A stretch of DNA of 64,000 bases from Macrostomum lignano (lineage: Eukaryota), in NCBI GenBank assembly GCA_002269645.1, contig NIVC01000646.1:431241-495240 (forward strand). Direction: 5' to 3'. Both the position numbers and the translations under genes were made by a program. Position 1 is the stretch's first letter. Every line of letters begins with the position of its first letter. Shown here piece by piece: positions 12,261 to 27,300 of the stretch. The notes beneath the pieces were generated by a model that saw nothing but the letters and a program-made list of their open reading frames with translations, searched no databases and was not told the DNA's origin.

Positions 12261-13590
12261 AGAGGTGGGTCAGCTCATGATTCACACTGGGTCAATCGGG
12301 AGAGAGGTGGGTCAGCTCATGATTCACACTGGGTCAATCTCGGAGAGGTGGGTCAGCTCATGATTCAAACTGGGTCAATCTCGGAGAGAGGTGGGTCAGC
12401 TCATGATTCAAACTGGGTCAATCTCGGAGAGGTGGGTCAGCTCTTGATTCACACTGGGTCAATCTCGGAGAGAGGTGGGTCAGCTCATGATTCAAACTGG
12501 GTATATCGGGAGAGAGGTGGGTCAGCTCATGATTCACACTGGGTCAATCTCGGAGAGAGGTATGTCAGCTCATGATTCAAACCGGGTCAATCTCGGAGAG
12601 AGGTGGGTCAGCTCATGATTCAAACTGGGTCAATCTCGGAGAGGTGGGTCAGCTCATGATTCAGACTGGGTCATTCTCGGAGAGAGGTGGGTCAGCTCAT
12701 GATTCACACTGGGTCAATCTCGGAGAGAGGTGGGTCAGCTCATGATTCACACTGGGTCAATCTCGGAGAGAGGTAGTGTCAGCTAATGATTCAGACTGGG
12801 TCAATCTCGGAGAGAGGTGGGTCAGCTCATGATTCACACTGGGTCAATCTCGGAGAGGTGGGTCAGCTCATGATTCACACTGGGTCAATCTCGGAGAGAG
12901 GTGGGTCAGCTCATGATTCAGACTGGGTCAATCTCGGAGAGAAAGGGGTCAGCTCATGATTCACACTGGGTCAATCTCGAAGAGAGGTGGGTCAGCTCAT
13001 GATTCACACTGAGTCAATCTCGAAGAGATTGGGGGGTCAGCTCATGATTCAAGCTGGGTAAATCGGGAGAGAGGTGGGTCAGCTCATGATTCACACTGGC
13101 TCAATCTCGGAGAGAGGTGCGTCAGCTCATGATTCACACTGGGTAAGTCGGGAGAGAAGTGGGTCAGCTCATGATTCACACTGGGTAAATCGGGAGAGAG
13201 GTGGGTCAGCTCATGATTCACACTGGGTCAATCTCGGAGAGAGGCGGGTCAGCTCATGATTCACACTGGGTCAATCTCGGAGAGAGGTAGTGTCAGCTAA
13301 TGATTCAGACTGGGTCAATCTCGGAGAGAGGTGGGTCAGCTCATGATTCAAACTGGGTCAATCTCGGAGAGAGGTGGGTCAGCTCATGATTCAAACTGGG
13401 TCAATCGGGAGAGAAGTGGGTCAGCTCATGATTCACACTGGGTCAATCTCGGAGAGGTGGGTCAGCTCATGATTCACACTGGGTCAATCTCGGAGAGAGG
13501 TGGGTCAGCTCATGATTCAAACTGGCTCAATCTCGGAGAGAGGCGGGTCAGCTCATGATTCAAACTGGGTCAATCGGGAGAGAAGTGGGT
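12261..13590. repeat. 41-43-bp minisatellite GAGAGGTGGGTCAGCTCATGATTCACACTGGGTCAATCTCGGA
   Basis: About 31 tandem copies. Confidence 0.95.
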
Positions 13591-14224
13591 CAAGAAAAAT
13601 CGGATTAGATAAAAAGAAAATAACGAGCAGAAAATGCGTGAAAACAAAGATTTCCAAATACAAACTGGTCCTCCAAAAACCAAAATAAAAATTATAATAC
13701 TCCCTCTATTTAGCAAGACCGCAATACGCTACTTATAATTTATTGCAAAGTAGCAATTTAAGGACATAAAATAAGCCAGAGAGACAGATGCACAAATCAA
13801 ATAAATTGAATAATATGCAACAAATAAAAGTTGACTCGAATCGATAACATAATATCCAAAAACAGATAAGCCAACATGTCACCCGCGGAAGAAAACAACA
13901 AAGTGAATCACGAGACGGCGCAAAAATCAGTTAATAAAATCAGCGCATTAATAAATTAAGGAAGGCTAAGCTTTTGCTGCGATAAAAATCGAATATTCGA
14001 CTATGGATTAGTAAATATGATGACAACTAATGTCATCATCAAAAATACTATTGTGCGAGCGAAATTAATTATGACACGCCACTCTATACGCTCAGACACT
14101 TAACTACAATCACGTGTGGCATGAAAAGGATAGATACGATTGTAGACAGAATCGATATTCATACATTTATAGAATATTACATATTAATACATATATCGGT
14201 TGAGACGGACCGATGGGCTAAGAA

Positions 14225-14260
14225 GACAGACAGGCACACTAAACTGCCACTAAGAAAGAA

Positions 14261-14329
<69 letters not shown>

Positions 14330-14350
14330 CACAGACAGACAGACAGACAC

Positions 14351-14392
<42 letters not shown>

Positions 14393-15460
14393 GGACAGAC
14401 AGACAGACAGACGGACAGGAAGAGACCAGATCAGGTAGGGATCATCACAACAGGGATCATCGAAGAACATCAGGGATCATCAAAGAACATTAGTGATCAT
14501 CAGTGATCATTAGGGAACATTAGGGAGCATTAGGGATCATCAGTGATCATCAAGGATCATCAGTGATCATCAGGGATCATCAAGGATTATCGAAAAACAT
14601 CAGGGATCGTCAAGGATCATCAAAGAACATCAGGAATCACCAGTGATCATCAGTGATCATCAGGGATCATCAGTAATCATCAGGGATCATCAGTGATCAT
14701 CAGGGATCATCAGTAATCATCAGTGATCATCAGTGATCATCAAAGATCATAAGGGATCATCAGGGATCATTAGTGATCATCAGGGATCATCAGTGATTAT
14801 CAAGGATCATCAGTGATCATCAGTGATCATCAATGATCATCAAGGATCATCAGTGATCATCAATGATCATCAGGGATCATCAGTGATCATCAATGATCAT
14901 CAGGGATCATCAGTGATCATCAATGATCATCAAGGATCATCAGTGATCATCAATGATCATCAGGGATCATCAGTGATCATCAATGATCATCAGGGATCAT
15001 CAGTGATCATCAATGATCATCAAGGATCATCAGTGATCATCAATGATCATCAAGGATCATCAGTGATCATCAATGATCATCAAGGATCATCAGTGATCAT
15101 CAATGATCATTAGGGATCATCAGTGATCATCAATGATCATCAGGGATCATCAGTGATCATCAATGATCATCAGGGATCATCAGTGATCATCAATGATCAT
15201 CAGGGATCATCAGTGATCATCAATGATCATCAAGGATCATCAGTGATCATCAATGATCATCAGGGATCATCAGTGATCATCAATGATCATCAAGGATCAT
15301 CAGTGATCATCAATGATCATCAAGGATCATCAGTGATCATCAATGATCATCAGGGATCATCAGTGATCATCAATGATCATCAAGGATCATCAGTGATCAT
15401 CAATGATCATCAAGGATTATCAGTGATCATCAGTGATCATCAGTGATCATCAGGGATCGT
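14225..15460. repeat. (ACAG)n microsatellite (14225-14420) followed by a GATCATCA-based 10/30-bp repeat (14430-15460)
   Basis: 30-bp higher-order unit CAGTGATCATCAATGATCATCAGGGATCAT. Confidence 0.95.
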
Positions 15461-15984
15461 CACACAGCAGTCCAGCCGCTGATTAAAGGCCTACAAATAT
15501 GGAATGAGTGACAGCAGACGCGGGCTGTTCGGCAGCAAAGTCCAGGCTGTCGTAACCGGTTCGGCGCTGATGCTGGCAGCTGTGGCTGAGCCGCAAGAAG
15601 CCCCAATAGCGACAGTTGCCGGGGCCGCTGCAAAAATAAGATTGAGCTGCATTGCTAAATCAAGTAAAAATTTGAGAACATTTTGACGGCATTGTCCAGA
15701 ATAAGCATCGGGTCACTACGGTGGATGACAGACAAATTTTGTGCAGCGAACACACAGAAACTGAAGCTTCTAAGTAGGCCATACGAATTTTCGGAGACAA
15801 TTGTTAACTACCAGTATGATACAGTCATGCAGCTTGCACCTTATAAGTAATTTTGTTTTAAAAATAAGTACTCTTATTATTGTTACCTTTAACGCTTCTT
15901 TAGTGTTAATGTGCGTTTCTGTGAATAACAGAAGACAATGCAAAACAAAGTTGATGAGTTGAGCCACGTATGCTAATTATGCAC

Positions 15985-16620
15985 AATACTTCGTGTACAT
16001 TGTATATACATGTACATTATGCACAATAGTTCATGTACACTGTATATGCATGTACATTATGCACAATATTTCATGTACACTGTATATGCATGTACATTAT
16101 GCACAATAGTTCATGTACACTGTATATACATGTACATTATGCAAAATAGGTCATGTACACTGTATATGCATGTACATTATGCACAATAGTTCATGTACAC
16201 TGTATATACATGTACATTATGCAAAATAGGTCATGTACACTGTATATGCATGTAAATTATGCACAATAGTTCATGTACAATGTATATGCATGTACATTAT
16301 GCACAATAGTTCATGTACAATGTATATGCATGTACATTATGCACAATAGTTTGTGTACATTGTATATGCATGTACATTATGCACAATAGTTCATGTACAA
16401 TGTATATGCATGTACATTATGCACAATAGTTTGTGTACATTGTATATGCATGTACATTATGCACAATAGTTCATGTACAATGTATATGCATGTACATTAT
16501 GCACAATAGTTCATGTACAATGTATATGCATGTACATTATGCACAATAGTTCATGTACAATGTATATGCATGTACATTATGCACAATATTTCATGCACAC
16601 AGCAAACATGTACACTATGT
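15985..16620. repeat. 40-bp minisatellite GTACATTATGCACAATAGTTCATGTACACTGTATATGCAT
   Basis: About 15 copies. Confidence 0.93.
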
Positions 16621-16828
16621 ACACTAAGTAAATTTCGCAAGTTTTTACATGCTTACAGCGAATAATAAATAAACAAAAAAAGCTTCTGCAATCTTCAGGT
16701 GCAAACAAAGCAAGAGGGTACACATGAAGGTCCTGCAAGTCAATTCGGATAGAAATGCAAGCTATAATAAATCAAGCTTCGTGTCTATGGCCCAAAAAGG
16801 GGATCTACTACGTTCGTAGAGCAACCAA

Positions 16829-17176
16829 TTAGAGAATTTTGGCGTGTCTTTCGGGTACAAAGACACGGCATACCCACCTGGCAGTTTTACAGCTAGGCAA
16901 TTTGAATTCGCGCGTCAATACCAGACAGATTGGCAGGCTGCCAAGATCGTAATAGGCGGTGAAGTGAAACAGGATATTGGCGTAAACTACGGCGTATTCC
17001 GCAACGGCAAAGTAGGTGTACACTGGAATGAAGGGGTTTCAACAGAGCGGTGAAACAATGCGCAATGCAGAACACTACTATGAGTAGCTAAATCCACAGT
17101 GAAAGCTCTTAAACTATTAACATGGATCGAATATCCTGTTAAAGGCAGACAGACAGACTGACAGAAAGACAGACAT

Positions 17177-17273
<97 letters not shown>

Positions 17274-17824
17274 GCACTATGACTATTTCTGTGTGAAAAA
17301 GCTACTTAACAAACTATCGATCAAGTCGTGCTTGCATTGAACTCACTCATGTCCTCGCAGTAGGCCTGGTGCCTGGCGTAAAAGTACACGGCTAGAAGGA
17401 TGCTGGCGCAATAGGCAGAGAGCAGCAGCAGTTTGGCCAGAAAGCACTGAAACGGTTAAATATACAGTAAAAACGTTGCTTTTTTAACTATATGTAAATT
17501 AAAAACAGGAAGGCACTAAACGGCCTACTCACCCTAGTAGTGAATAAGACGCGCTGGGTGCCGGCTATAAACTTGGACCGGATTCGCGAGGCAACCCACA
17601 GATGCAGCAGCATGTAGGCGAATGAGGAGAGCAGGAAGGTGATAAAGCAGTTCCGGTGAACGGCTGCGGGAATTGGTGAACGGCTTCCTTTGTTGAACAG
17701 GATATTAGCAGAAAAGGGACTGACATCATGAATATGGTAGGCAAATGACAGACAGGGGAATTTAATATGCAAACAGTCAGACAGGCACAGAAAGACAGAC
17801 AGACAGACAGACTGAGACAGATTT

Positions 17825-17863
<39 letters not shown>

Positions 17864-17866
17864 CTA

Positions 17867-17918
<52 letters not shown>

Positions 17919-18864
17919 TGACTGAGACAGACTTACAGACAGACAGACAGACAGACAGGCAGACAGACAGACAGACAGACAGACAGACTGACAGGCAGAC
18001 AGACAGACAGACAGACAGACAGCCAGCCACACGGACGCCCACCATAGTTATCAGTAGAGGCAATCACGGAGAGGCCCAGCAGCGAGGCCAGCTCCAGACA
18101 GCCCAGCCCAAAGTGGGCCCCCGGGATGAGGCTGGCAGCCCCGCAGCTGTCCGACACCCGCCAAGTTGCTGACAGCCGCGCCGCGATCTCCTGACGGTAG
18201 GCGGCCGCCACCAGCAGGCGGAGGGCGCAGCTGACGGCGATGCTGACGGACCAGATCCGCTTCTCCAGGCTGCGCTGCCCCACCGCTGCGCTGATTGACG
18301 GCAGTCGGTTGACGTTCTGCAATAGACAGCGGATGTCCAGCCTGTCTGATCTCAGCCTATCTAATCTCAGCCTATCTGATCTCAGCCTGTCTGATCTCAG
18401 CCTGTCTGATCTCAGCCTGTCTGATCTCAGCCTGTCTGCTCCCAACCTATCTGATCTCAGTCTGTCTGATCTCAGCTTGTCTAATCTCAGCCTGTCTGCT
18501 CCCAACCTATCTAATCTCAGTCTGTCTGATCTCAGCTTATATAATCTCAGCCTGTCTAATCTCAGATTGATAGACCAAGACTGAAAGACAAAGATAGCCA
18601 TGCTGAGATTGACAGGCTTATCTCGTCCGAGCGATCTAATTGTTTTCCTTCGATTCCCTGTCTATATATTATTTTATGGATCTCATCTCAGCTGGTGACT
18701 ATGGCCATTTATAGTTATTAAACTCCGCTGCTTACTCTGCAGTGCGTAGCCAGCGCACCCTCCCCGCGGTAGTGCACCGCAATGCATACGCAGGCTAGCA
18801 GGGCCGCAGCAGGCAGAGCGGAGGCAAACAGGGCCAGAGGTCGCATCCAGCTGCCGCTGCTCAT
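16829..18864 (-). CDS. PGAP2: PGAP2-like (Frag1/DRAM/Sfk1 family) GPI-remodelling membrane protein; exons 18864-18736, 18316-18043, 17663-17533, 17446-17347, 17022-16829 (275 aa)
   Basis: Five exons join in phase. Motifs ATHCR|NVNRLPSISAAVG, RLLVAAAY, VHRNCFITF, YFYARHQAYCE and YTYFAVAEYAVVYANILFH follow PGAP2 (THCGVPNYLPSVSSAIG, IHENAFIVF, VYFRHNMYCE, YTIFAILEYTVVLTNMAFH). All splice sites are GT-AG. Confidence 0.88.
17146..18570. repeat. PGAP2 intronic repeats: (ACAG)n at 17146-17272 and 17780-18025; 15-bp TCTGATCTCAGCCTG array at 18340-18570
   Basis: Direct inspection. Confidence 0.9.
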
Positions 18865-18939
18865 GTTAAGTAACTCTCTGCTGCGCACTGCAGTTACAGG
18901 CGGGCCAGAAATGCCGATAAACAGCGGCTGTCTTAGCCG

Positions 18940-20290
18940 TAAAACTCAAGGATGTGCTGCGAGAGTGTGACGTACTCAAGGATGTGCTGCAGAGTGTGAC
19001 GTACTCAAGGATGTGCTGCAGAGAGTGTGAAGTACTCAAGGATGTGCTTCATAGAATGTGACGTACTCAAGGATGTTGCAGAGAGTGTGACGTACTCAGG
19101 ATGTGCTTCATAGAGTGTGACGTACTCAAGGATGTTGCAGAGAGTGTGACGTACTCAAGGATGTGCTGCAGAGTGTGACGTACTCAAGGATGTGCTGCAG
19201 AGAGTGTGAAGTACTCAAGGATGTGCTGCCGAGAGTGTGAAGTACTCAAGGATGTATTTCAGAGTGTGACGTACTCAAGGATGTTGCAGAGAGTGACGTA
19301 CTCAAGGATGTGCTGCAGAGTGTGACGTACTCAAGGATGTGCTGCAGAGAGTGTGAAGTACTCAAGGATGTATTTCAGAGAGTGTGACGTACTCAAGGAT
19401 GTTGCAGAGAGTGACGTACTCAAGGATGTGCTGCAGAGTGTGAAGTACTCAAGGATGTGCTGCAGAGAGTGTGAAGTACTCAAGGATGTGCTGCCGAGAG
19501 TGTGAAGTACTCAAGGATGTATTTCAGAGAGTGTGAAGTACTCAAGGATGTGCTGCAGAGAGTGTGAAGTACTCTAGGATGTGCTGCAGAGAGTGTGAAG
19601 TACTCAAGGATGTGCTGCCGAGAGTGTGAAGTACTCAAGGATGTATTTCAGAGAGTGTGAAGTACTCAAGGATGTATTTCAGAGAGTGTGAAGTACTCAA
19701 GGGTGTGCTTCATAGAATGTGACCTACTCAAGGATGTATTACAGAGAGTGTGACGTACTCAAGGATGTATTTCAGAGAGTGTGACGTACTCAAGGATGTA
19801 TTTCAGAGAGTGTGACGTACTCAAGGATGTTGCAGAGTGTGACGTACTCAAGGATGTGCTGCAGAGAGTGTGAAGTACTCTAGGATGTGCTGCAGAGAGT
19901 GTGAAGTACTCAAGGATGTGCTTCATAGAATGTGACCTATTCAAGGATGTATTACAGAGAGTGTGACGTACTCAGGATGTGCTTCATAGAGTGTGACGTA
20001 CTCAAGGATGTTGCAGAGAGTGTGACGAACTCAAGGATGTGCTGCAGAGTGTGACGTACTCAAGGATGTGCTGCAGAGTGTGACGTACTCAAGGATGTGC
20101 TGCAGAGTGTGACGTACTCAAAGATGTATTACAGAGGATGTGACGTACTCAAAGATGTATTACAGAGGGTGTGACGTACTCAAAGATGTATTACAGAGGG
20201 TGTGACGTACTCAAAGATGTATTACAGAGGGTCTGACGTACTCAAAGATGTATTGCAGAGTGTGACGTACTCAAGGATGTGCTGCAGGGA
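18940..20290. repeat. ~31-bp minisatellite GTACTCAAGGATGTGCTGCAGAGAGTGTGAC upstream of PGAP2
   Basis: About 43 variant copies. Confidence 0.93.
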
Positions 20291-21668
20291 GTATGCTGTG
20301 TGCTCAAGAATGTGAACATGAACTGGTAACAGACTCTAATTGTGAGCACCTTATTACACAAGCATACTACTTAGGCTTGGTGTTTCAACAGCATATGATG
20401 CACAATTGAGAAACGGCACTGAGTAGAGGTAGAAAATCCACATTAACGCGGGTTGAGCACTCAGGCAAAGAGCTGCTCTCACTTAAATAACAGCTTTATG
20501 AAATATTATATTGATATAATTGATACACTGTTGATCCACTAGCTTGTTTATTGCAGAGACCAAAAAATTCAGCTATCATTCAGTTTTCACTGAACCGCGC
20601 ATTTCAAAGTCAAATAATACACTGTAAAGTCGCATATACTACTAAGATAGTAGGGTAATAAACGCATGCGAGTGACCGAATGAGTACGCACGCGGCGGTC
20701 CTGTGTGTACTGATGCTTACTAGTAGAAAATGATAAAATATGAAAAAAACCTGGAATTTCACAACCTGCACAGTTTGATCCGACCCGTACATTATTGCGC
20801 AAAAATACCAATTACAAGAATACTTGAATGTATAGCTCGTAAGTCCATACGCTTAACACTACTAAATAGCTATTAGTAGCAATGAAAGCAGAAACTGTGC
20901 GAAATTGTAATAAGAATAAGAAATTCATCTTCATCTAAAATATGACAAGCATAACACAAACAACAAGCAACGGATGAACAAAGGAAAGCATTGATTTTAT
21001 GAAGAGTTCAGGACTTAGGTTGAATTTTAGCTAGTAAAAAATATAGAACGCCTCATAGTAAAAAAGCACGCGTTTGATTACAAAAATGGCGTGCCAAAGG
21101 TACTCAAAACTACAATGAATATTTGGTCCTCTGCAACTCGCACAAGTGAGACAGAGGTAGGCAGAGCCAATTATTCATTAGACCTAATGACGCAGCTCTG
21201 AGTTGGTAATAATTCTTCTTTGGAAAAGTAAAAAAAATATCAAGACATATAGAGTATATACGGCATACGGGAAATGAAAAACATTACGAAGACTAAAGCA
21301 CTGCTAGAGCCTGCAGTGGATTTTTATACTATAAAATCATGCCCGCCAGTGTAAAAGGTAGCAATGCGAGAAAGCAGCTGACTCTGAGAATGCGCGCGAC
21401 TTTCATGACAAGTAGGACAGACAGGTAGAGACAGAGGCTGGGGAATACGAAGACAGACAGAGGACACATTTGAGGGGGGGGGAAGAGCTCAGCGGTAACC
21501 GCATCTGACTCTCGCACTTCAACACAGGTAAAATAAGAAAGAAGTGACTCTAGAGGACTCTAAAACGACAATATCAAAAATTTAAATTTGAGGTATTTTA
21601 TTGTACGGCTCGTAGTCTACTTGAGTTAGTAGAAAGTTAAGCGCTAACCACAGATTCTAGAATGACTG

Positions 21669-22072
21669 GATGAGCCACTCAGGCATATATACTTAGCAAA
21701 ACAGCTTTCTACTTTCAGTTCAGTAGCAAAGAAGAATACATAAGCTATTTTTATAAGAAGGCAGCTGAACTAACTTTGATAAGTTTAGAAGCCCAAAGCT
21801 TGCAGGCGTAAACGACTTGCTAATTGGTTCAGCAGTAATGTACATTAGCCAGTCCACTGAAATGTACATGGCAGCTTTAGGCTGGAATTCAGAGGAAGGC
21901 AATAAAAATTGGGGCGGGTGGGGGGTAGTGTGGAATGGCGCGGCTGGGGGTGCAGGATGGGGTTTAAGAGCCAATGAATGAGACTTGGCTTTAAAAATAG
22001 ATTAAAATGCTTCTGTTTAATTTACTACTGAACTGAAAGTAGCTTACACGCAAATGTGCTGAGTGGCCCATC
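21669..22072. mobile_element. Degenerate MITE-like inverted-repeat element
   Basis: GATGAGCCACTCAG...CTACTTTCAGTTCAGTAG near 21669-21727 is inverted relative to CTACTGAACTGAAAGTAG...CTGAGTGGCCCATC near 22024-22072. No clear TSD. Confidence 0.45.
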
Positions 22073-22427
22073 TAATTTTTTCAAGTATCCGTGGCGCTAA
22101 CACAATGACTTTTTTTACGATTCTGCAACCCACGCAATGCGCTCGTGACTCAAGGGTTTCCTCTCCGTCGCATCGCAGTCGTTTAAGTCGTTAAAAAATC
22201 ACGAGAGTCACCCCAGACTCGCTAGAGTCACGCTAGTGGGTTGCTTCAAATAACTTTTTTGCGATTTTGGTCACGGTGAATTTTTCAACGGGCATGAGGG
22301 TCAGCCCCCAAGGCACAGAGTGTACATGCCTGACGATTGGAAATTCGCAAGGGCCGCTGTACACCCACACCCTGCGTGAGCGAGTGTATGCTCAGGAGTC
22401 AGTGGAATTGCCTCAGCGTTGGTTGCG

Positions 22428-22553
<126 letters not shown>

Positions 22554-22961
22554 AGAAGTCAGAAGACACAGCAGTGAAAAGCGATACAAAGCAGATAAAA
22601 AAGAACTCATTAAATACGCATCAACATTAGCTGAAAAGAAGAAATTAATCTAGCAACAGATTTACTTATTTTCGAATCAGTAAGTATTGGACCAGCAAGT
22701 CAAACAAAGCTACTGCAAGTAGCCCAAAAGCGATATGCAAATAAAAGAATTCAATTTCTACGCTTGTACATTGATCAAAAGCATTTCGCTTTTTTTAGAT
22801 ACAATTTTGCACGTTTGCCTGGATGATTAAAAACATGCACTATATGACAAGTTTGAATGATATAGACAGGACAGCTGATCAACATCTCTCGCATACAGTG
22901 AGTGAGAGAGAGACAAATGCCGCGCACAAAACCAGAAGGACATGCAGAGCCGGACAGCTGA

Positions 22962-23664
22962 TCAAATCCGACTCTCGATCTCTTCAAGCGGCGGCGGCTC
23001 GTGCGCCGGGAACTGGTCGTGATAGGTCAGGGGTTCGATTCCAGTAGCCGGGGCAGCGGAGGTCGACGCAGCGGAGTCTGCGGCGGGAGCGACAATGATG
23101 GTTGGAGGCGGCGTGTGCATCGGCTGCTGCTGCTGGCCATAGTCGGCGATCTCCCCGCCAACTAAGAACGTGGAGGCGGCATTCGGACTATAGTTGTTAT
23201 TGTTGCCATGGTAACTGTGCGAGCCGCTGTATGACGCCGTCTCGTCGTTATTAGCAGCGGCCGCTCTTGCAGCTCTGGCCGCCTCCCACTGGCTGAGGGC
23301 GCGAAGGGGGAAGCCGGCCAGGCCCGACAGCGCCAGCAGGGCGCCGGCTGCGTAGAAGGAGGCCGCCAGGCCCGGCCCGCCCACCGGCCCCAGAGCCGCC
23401 GCCGGCGCCCAGCCATTGGCGAAGGCGGCTGTCAAAGGTGGCCCGACGACCAGGCCGGCGCCTTGGATCAGCAGGAGGAGGCCGAAGGCGTTGGTCAGGC
23501 GGTCCAAGCCCATCAGGTCCACCACCAGAATGGTGCGTAGGGAGGTCCATGCGGCTGCGGCGGCGGGTGGGGCAATGGATGAGCGGCTACACAGACAGAC
23601 AGACAGAGAGACAGACAGACAGACAGACAGACAGCCAGACAGACAGACAGACAGACAGACACTA

Positions 23665-23729
<65 letters not shown>

Positions 23730-23752
23730 CAGATAGACAGACACACAGACAC

Positions 23753-23839
<87 letters not shown>

Positions 23840-23842
23840 CTA

Positions 23843-23878
<36 letters not shown>

Positions 23879-23936
23879 TGAGACAGACACACAGACAGAC
23901 AGACAGACACACAGACAGACAGACAGACAGACAGTC

Positions 23937-24000
<64 letters not shown>

Positions 24001-24164
24001 TGAGACAGACACACAGACAGACAGACAGACAGACAGACAGAAAGACAGACAGACAGACAGACTGACAGACAGACAGACAGACACAGATAGACAGACACAC
24101 AGACAGACAGACAGACAGACAGGCAGACAGACAGACAGACAGACAGACAGACTGAGACAGACAC

Positions 24165-24219
<55 letters not shown>

Positions 24220-24273
24220 CAAACAGACACAAACAGACACAAACAGACAGACAGACAGCCGGACAGACAGCCG

Positions 24274-24309
<36 letters not shown>

Positions 24310-27300
24310 CAGACAGACAGACAGACAGACACAGACAGACAGACAGACAGACAGACACAGACAGACAGACAGACACAGACAGACAGACAGACACAGACAG
24401 ACATACAGACAAACGCACAGACAGACACTCACAGGTGAAGACTCCATAGCAACAGGCGCAGACAGCCAGCGAGGTGAAGCTGTCGAACAGGGGCACGGCA
24501 GCGGTGGCCAGCCCGGCGCCAATGAGGGTGAGGTTGTTGACCCACAGACAGTCGGACCAGGACCGATCGCCAGCCCAGGCTAGAGACGAAATGGGCAGCG
24601 TGAGGCGGCATTGAGCACAGAAGCAAATACAAGTAACTAAAAGTACATAAGGACACGAAAACAAGCGCATGCTTAAAGTTTAAAAATAAACCTGAGGAGC
24701 TAATGACTCACTTAATTACTTATACTGGAGTAGAGGGCGGGCACTGTAAGTTGCGCAGCACAAGCATGGTTAAAATCTATTTATTTATCATCAAGCAAGT
24801 TATCAAGTTAAATTTATTAAGCGCTTCGTACAGCTTTTACTAAGAATAAGCAGTGTTTGGCATTAATAATATCAATAGAAATTCCGGTTAAGAAAGTTTT
24901 CATTCATTTGCAATTATATTTTTTCATGAATTTTGGATAAATTGAAATCTAAATAACATACACAACAGCGAAAGTTTTAAGACTTCTCGGAATATTAAAT
25001 TAGATTCAAAAACAGCTTAGAATTGTTTAAAACTGTTAAACTGTTGATTTCTGCCTAAATCACAGGCCTCGCAGACCTAAATGTTTGTTTCCTTGAAAGG
25101 CTTAAAATTTCCCGAAAAATAATAAAAAATCATGCGGGTTTAATGTCTTTTTAAATACTTTTCTAATAAAATAGAAAATATCCCTTCAATAAAAATGGAA
25201 TCAATGATAATAAGTTATCCATATTGTTAGTAGTTAGTCCCAATGACAGACTAGAATGAATAGCTAGTTATGTCACTCGTATTAATTGTTGTGAAAAAAA
25301 TTACGAGTAAAGTGTCAACTCTATTTTCAGTAGTTTGTCTGCGCAATGTCACTTAAATTTAATGTGGCAGCTAAAACTTCCGTTTCTGCCTTGGGGTTTG
25401 CCGCCTCAGGAGCATAGGGGGTCAAGCATTTAACAACAAGACTTGATGTACACAAGCGAACAGGACGGACGAAACTCAGCCTAGGGGACAAGCCCAATCT
25501 AGAGGTCAAAGTCAGACGGGGACGAAACTCAGCCTAGGGGGGCAGGCCCAATCTAGCTCAACCAATAAGAGAGCAGTAAGGAAAGAGGTCAGAGTTAGAC
25601 GAACGAAACTCAGCCTAGGGGGGCAGGCCTAATTTGGCCCAGCCAATGAGAGACCAGTAAAGAGAGAGGCCAAAGTCAGACGGGGACGAAACTCAGCCTT
25701 GGGGGCAGGCCCAATCTAGCTCAGCCAATGAGAGAGCAGTAAGGAGAAGGGAGAAGTCAGACACAATCGGGGCAAGAGGAAAGACTAACTGTTTATCGGG
25801 CTGGCTAGGCTGGGACGCCACACATTGCTCTCTTGCTTGCTCTGCACACGCACTGGATTTAGTGTTTTTCAAGTTTTCCCGCAATCTGCATTCTTTAATT
25901 CATATTTTTTTAAATTCCTGTTGTTGCAGTCAATAACTAAATGTGTAAATTTTAGAAACTTTCTAATTTACGAGCATAAAAGAAAGATACTGCTCATTTT
26001 GCTACTGAAGAAAAAGTAGTTTTGCAAGTGACACATCTAGTTATTCCAGTATCTGTGGGCTCAATCAAGAGCCAGTTAATCGCAAACAACTACTGTATTT
26101 GGACACGCGCGAAATCCAGAAGCAGAAATCTAATTGATTTACTTACACGACTTCTTCTGAATAATGATAGCTAAAAAAGAAAGGTTAATAAAACATGTTG
26201 ATAGATATTGTGCGCAATTTAATGTTTTAAAGTGCAGATAAACTTTGAACTTTTGATTTTTTTGCCAAAAAAGCACAATTCATTTAAACATAGAAATCAT
26301 ATATTAATAATGGTTAAATAAATGTGTTGCATAACTATCTAATAACACGCTAGATAAATATAAAGTCATATTTAGTTAATACCTGTGAAAATACTACTGA
26401 TGGATCTGTTCTAATCGTGAGTAGTAGTGAAGTGTGCATATCAAGCAACAACAGTATTATTTTAGATTACGCCTTTGAACATTAGAGCAAATTAAAAGTG
26501 AATAAGCTCAAATGAGTTTGCCTTCGCCAACAGAAGTCAAAGCAATTAGAAAAAAGCAGAAACGACTATGCACTAATATATAATTGATTAATAAGTTCTA
26601 ACCCTCACCAAATAGCATTCGGCCTGCGCTATTAGCGATCCCAGTCAGCACTAGCAGGTTGGTTGCCTCTGCTGAGCTTATTCCGCGTGTGATTGCGTAA
26701 GGCCGGATCAGGTGATAGAACTGCAGGTAGCCTGGATCAGGTAGCATTTTAAACATGCTGTTAAGGCTTCAGAAAGGCAGACATCCACCCACCTAGACCA
26801 CTCTCAACCCACCTGAATCATTCTCAACCCACCTGAATCGCTCATAACCCACCTGAATCACTCATAACCAACCTGAAGCGCTCATAGCCCACCTGAATCG
26901 CTCATAACCCACCTGAATCGCTCATAACCCACCTAAATCGCTAATAACCCACCTGAATCGCTCATAACCCACCTGAATCGCTCATAACCCACCTGAATCG
27001 CTCATAACCCACCTGAATCGCTCAAAACCCACCTGAATTTCTCATAACCCACCTGAATCGCTCATAACCCACCTGAATCGCTCATAACCCACCTGAATCA
27101 CTCATAACCAACCTGAAGCGCTCATAGCCCACCTGAATCGCTCATAACCCACCTGAATCGCTCATAACCCACCTAAATCGCTAATAACCCACCTGAATCG
27201 CTCATAACCCACCTGAATCGCTCATAACCCACCTGAATCGCTCATAACCCACCTGAATCGCTCAAAACCCACCTGAATTTCTCATAACCCACCTGAATCG

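Noticed and set aside
16844-17053. Protein-like plus ORF SFGYKDTAYPPG...
   Set aside because: Antisense of PGAP2 exon 5, which matches the family on the minus strand.
21329-21404. Signal-peptide-like MKVARILRVSCFLALLPFTLAG on the minus strand
   Set aside because: It stops after 25 codons, with no convincing donor or downstream exon.
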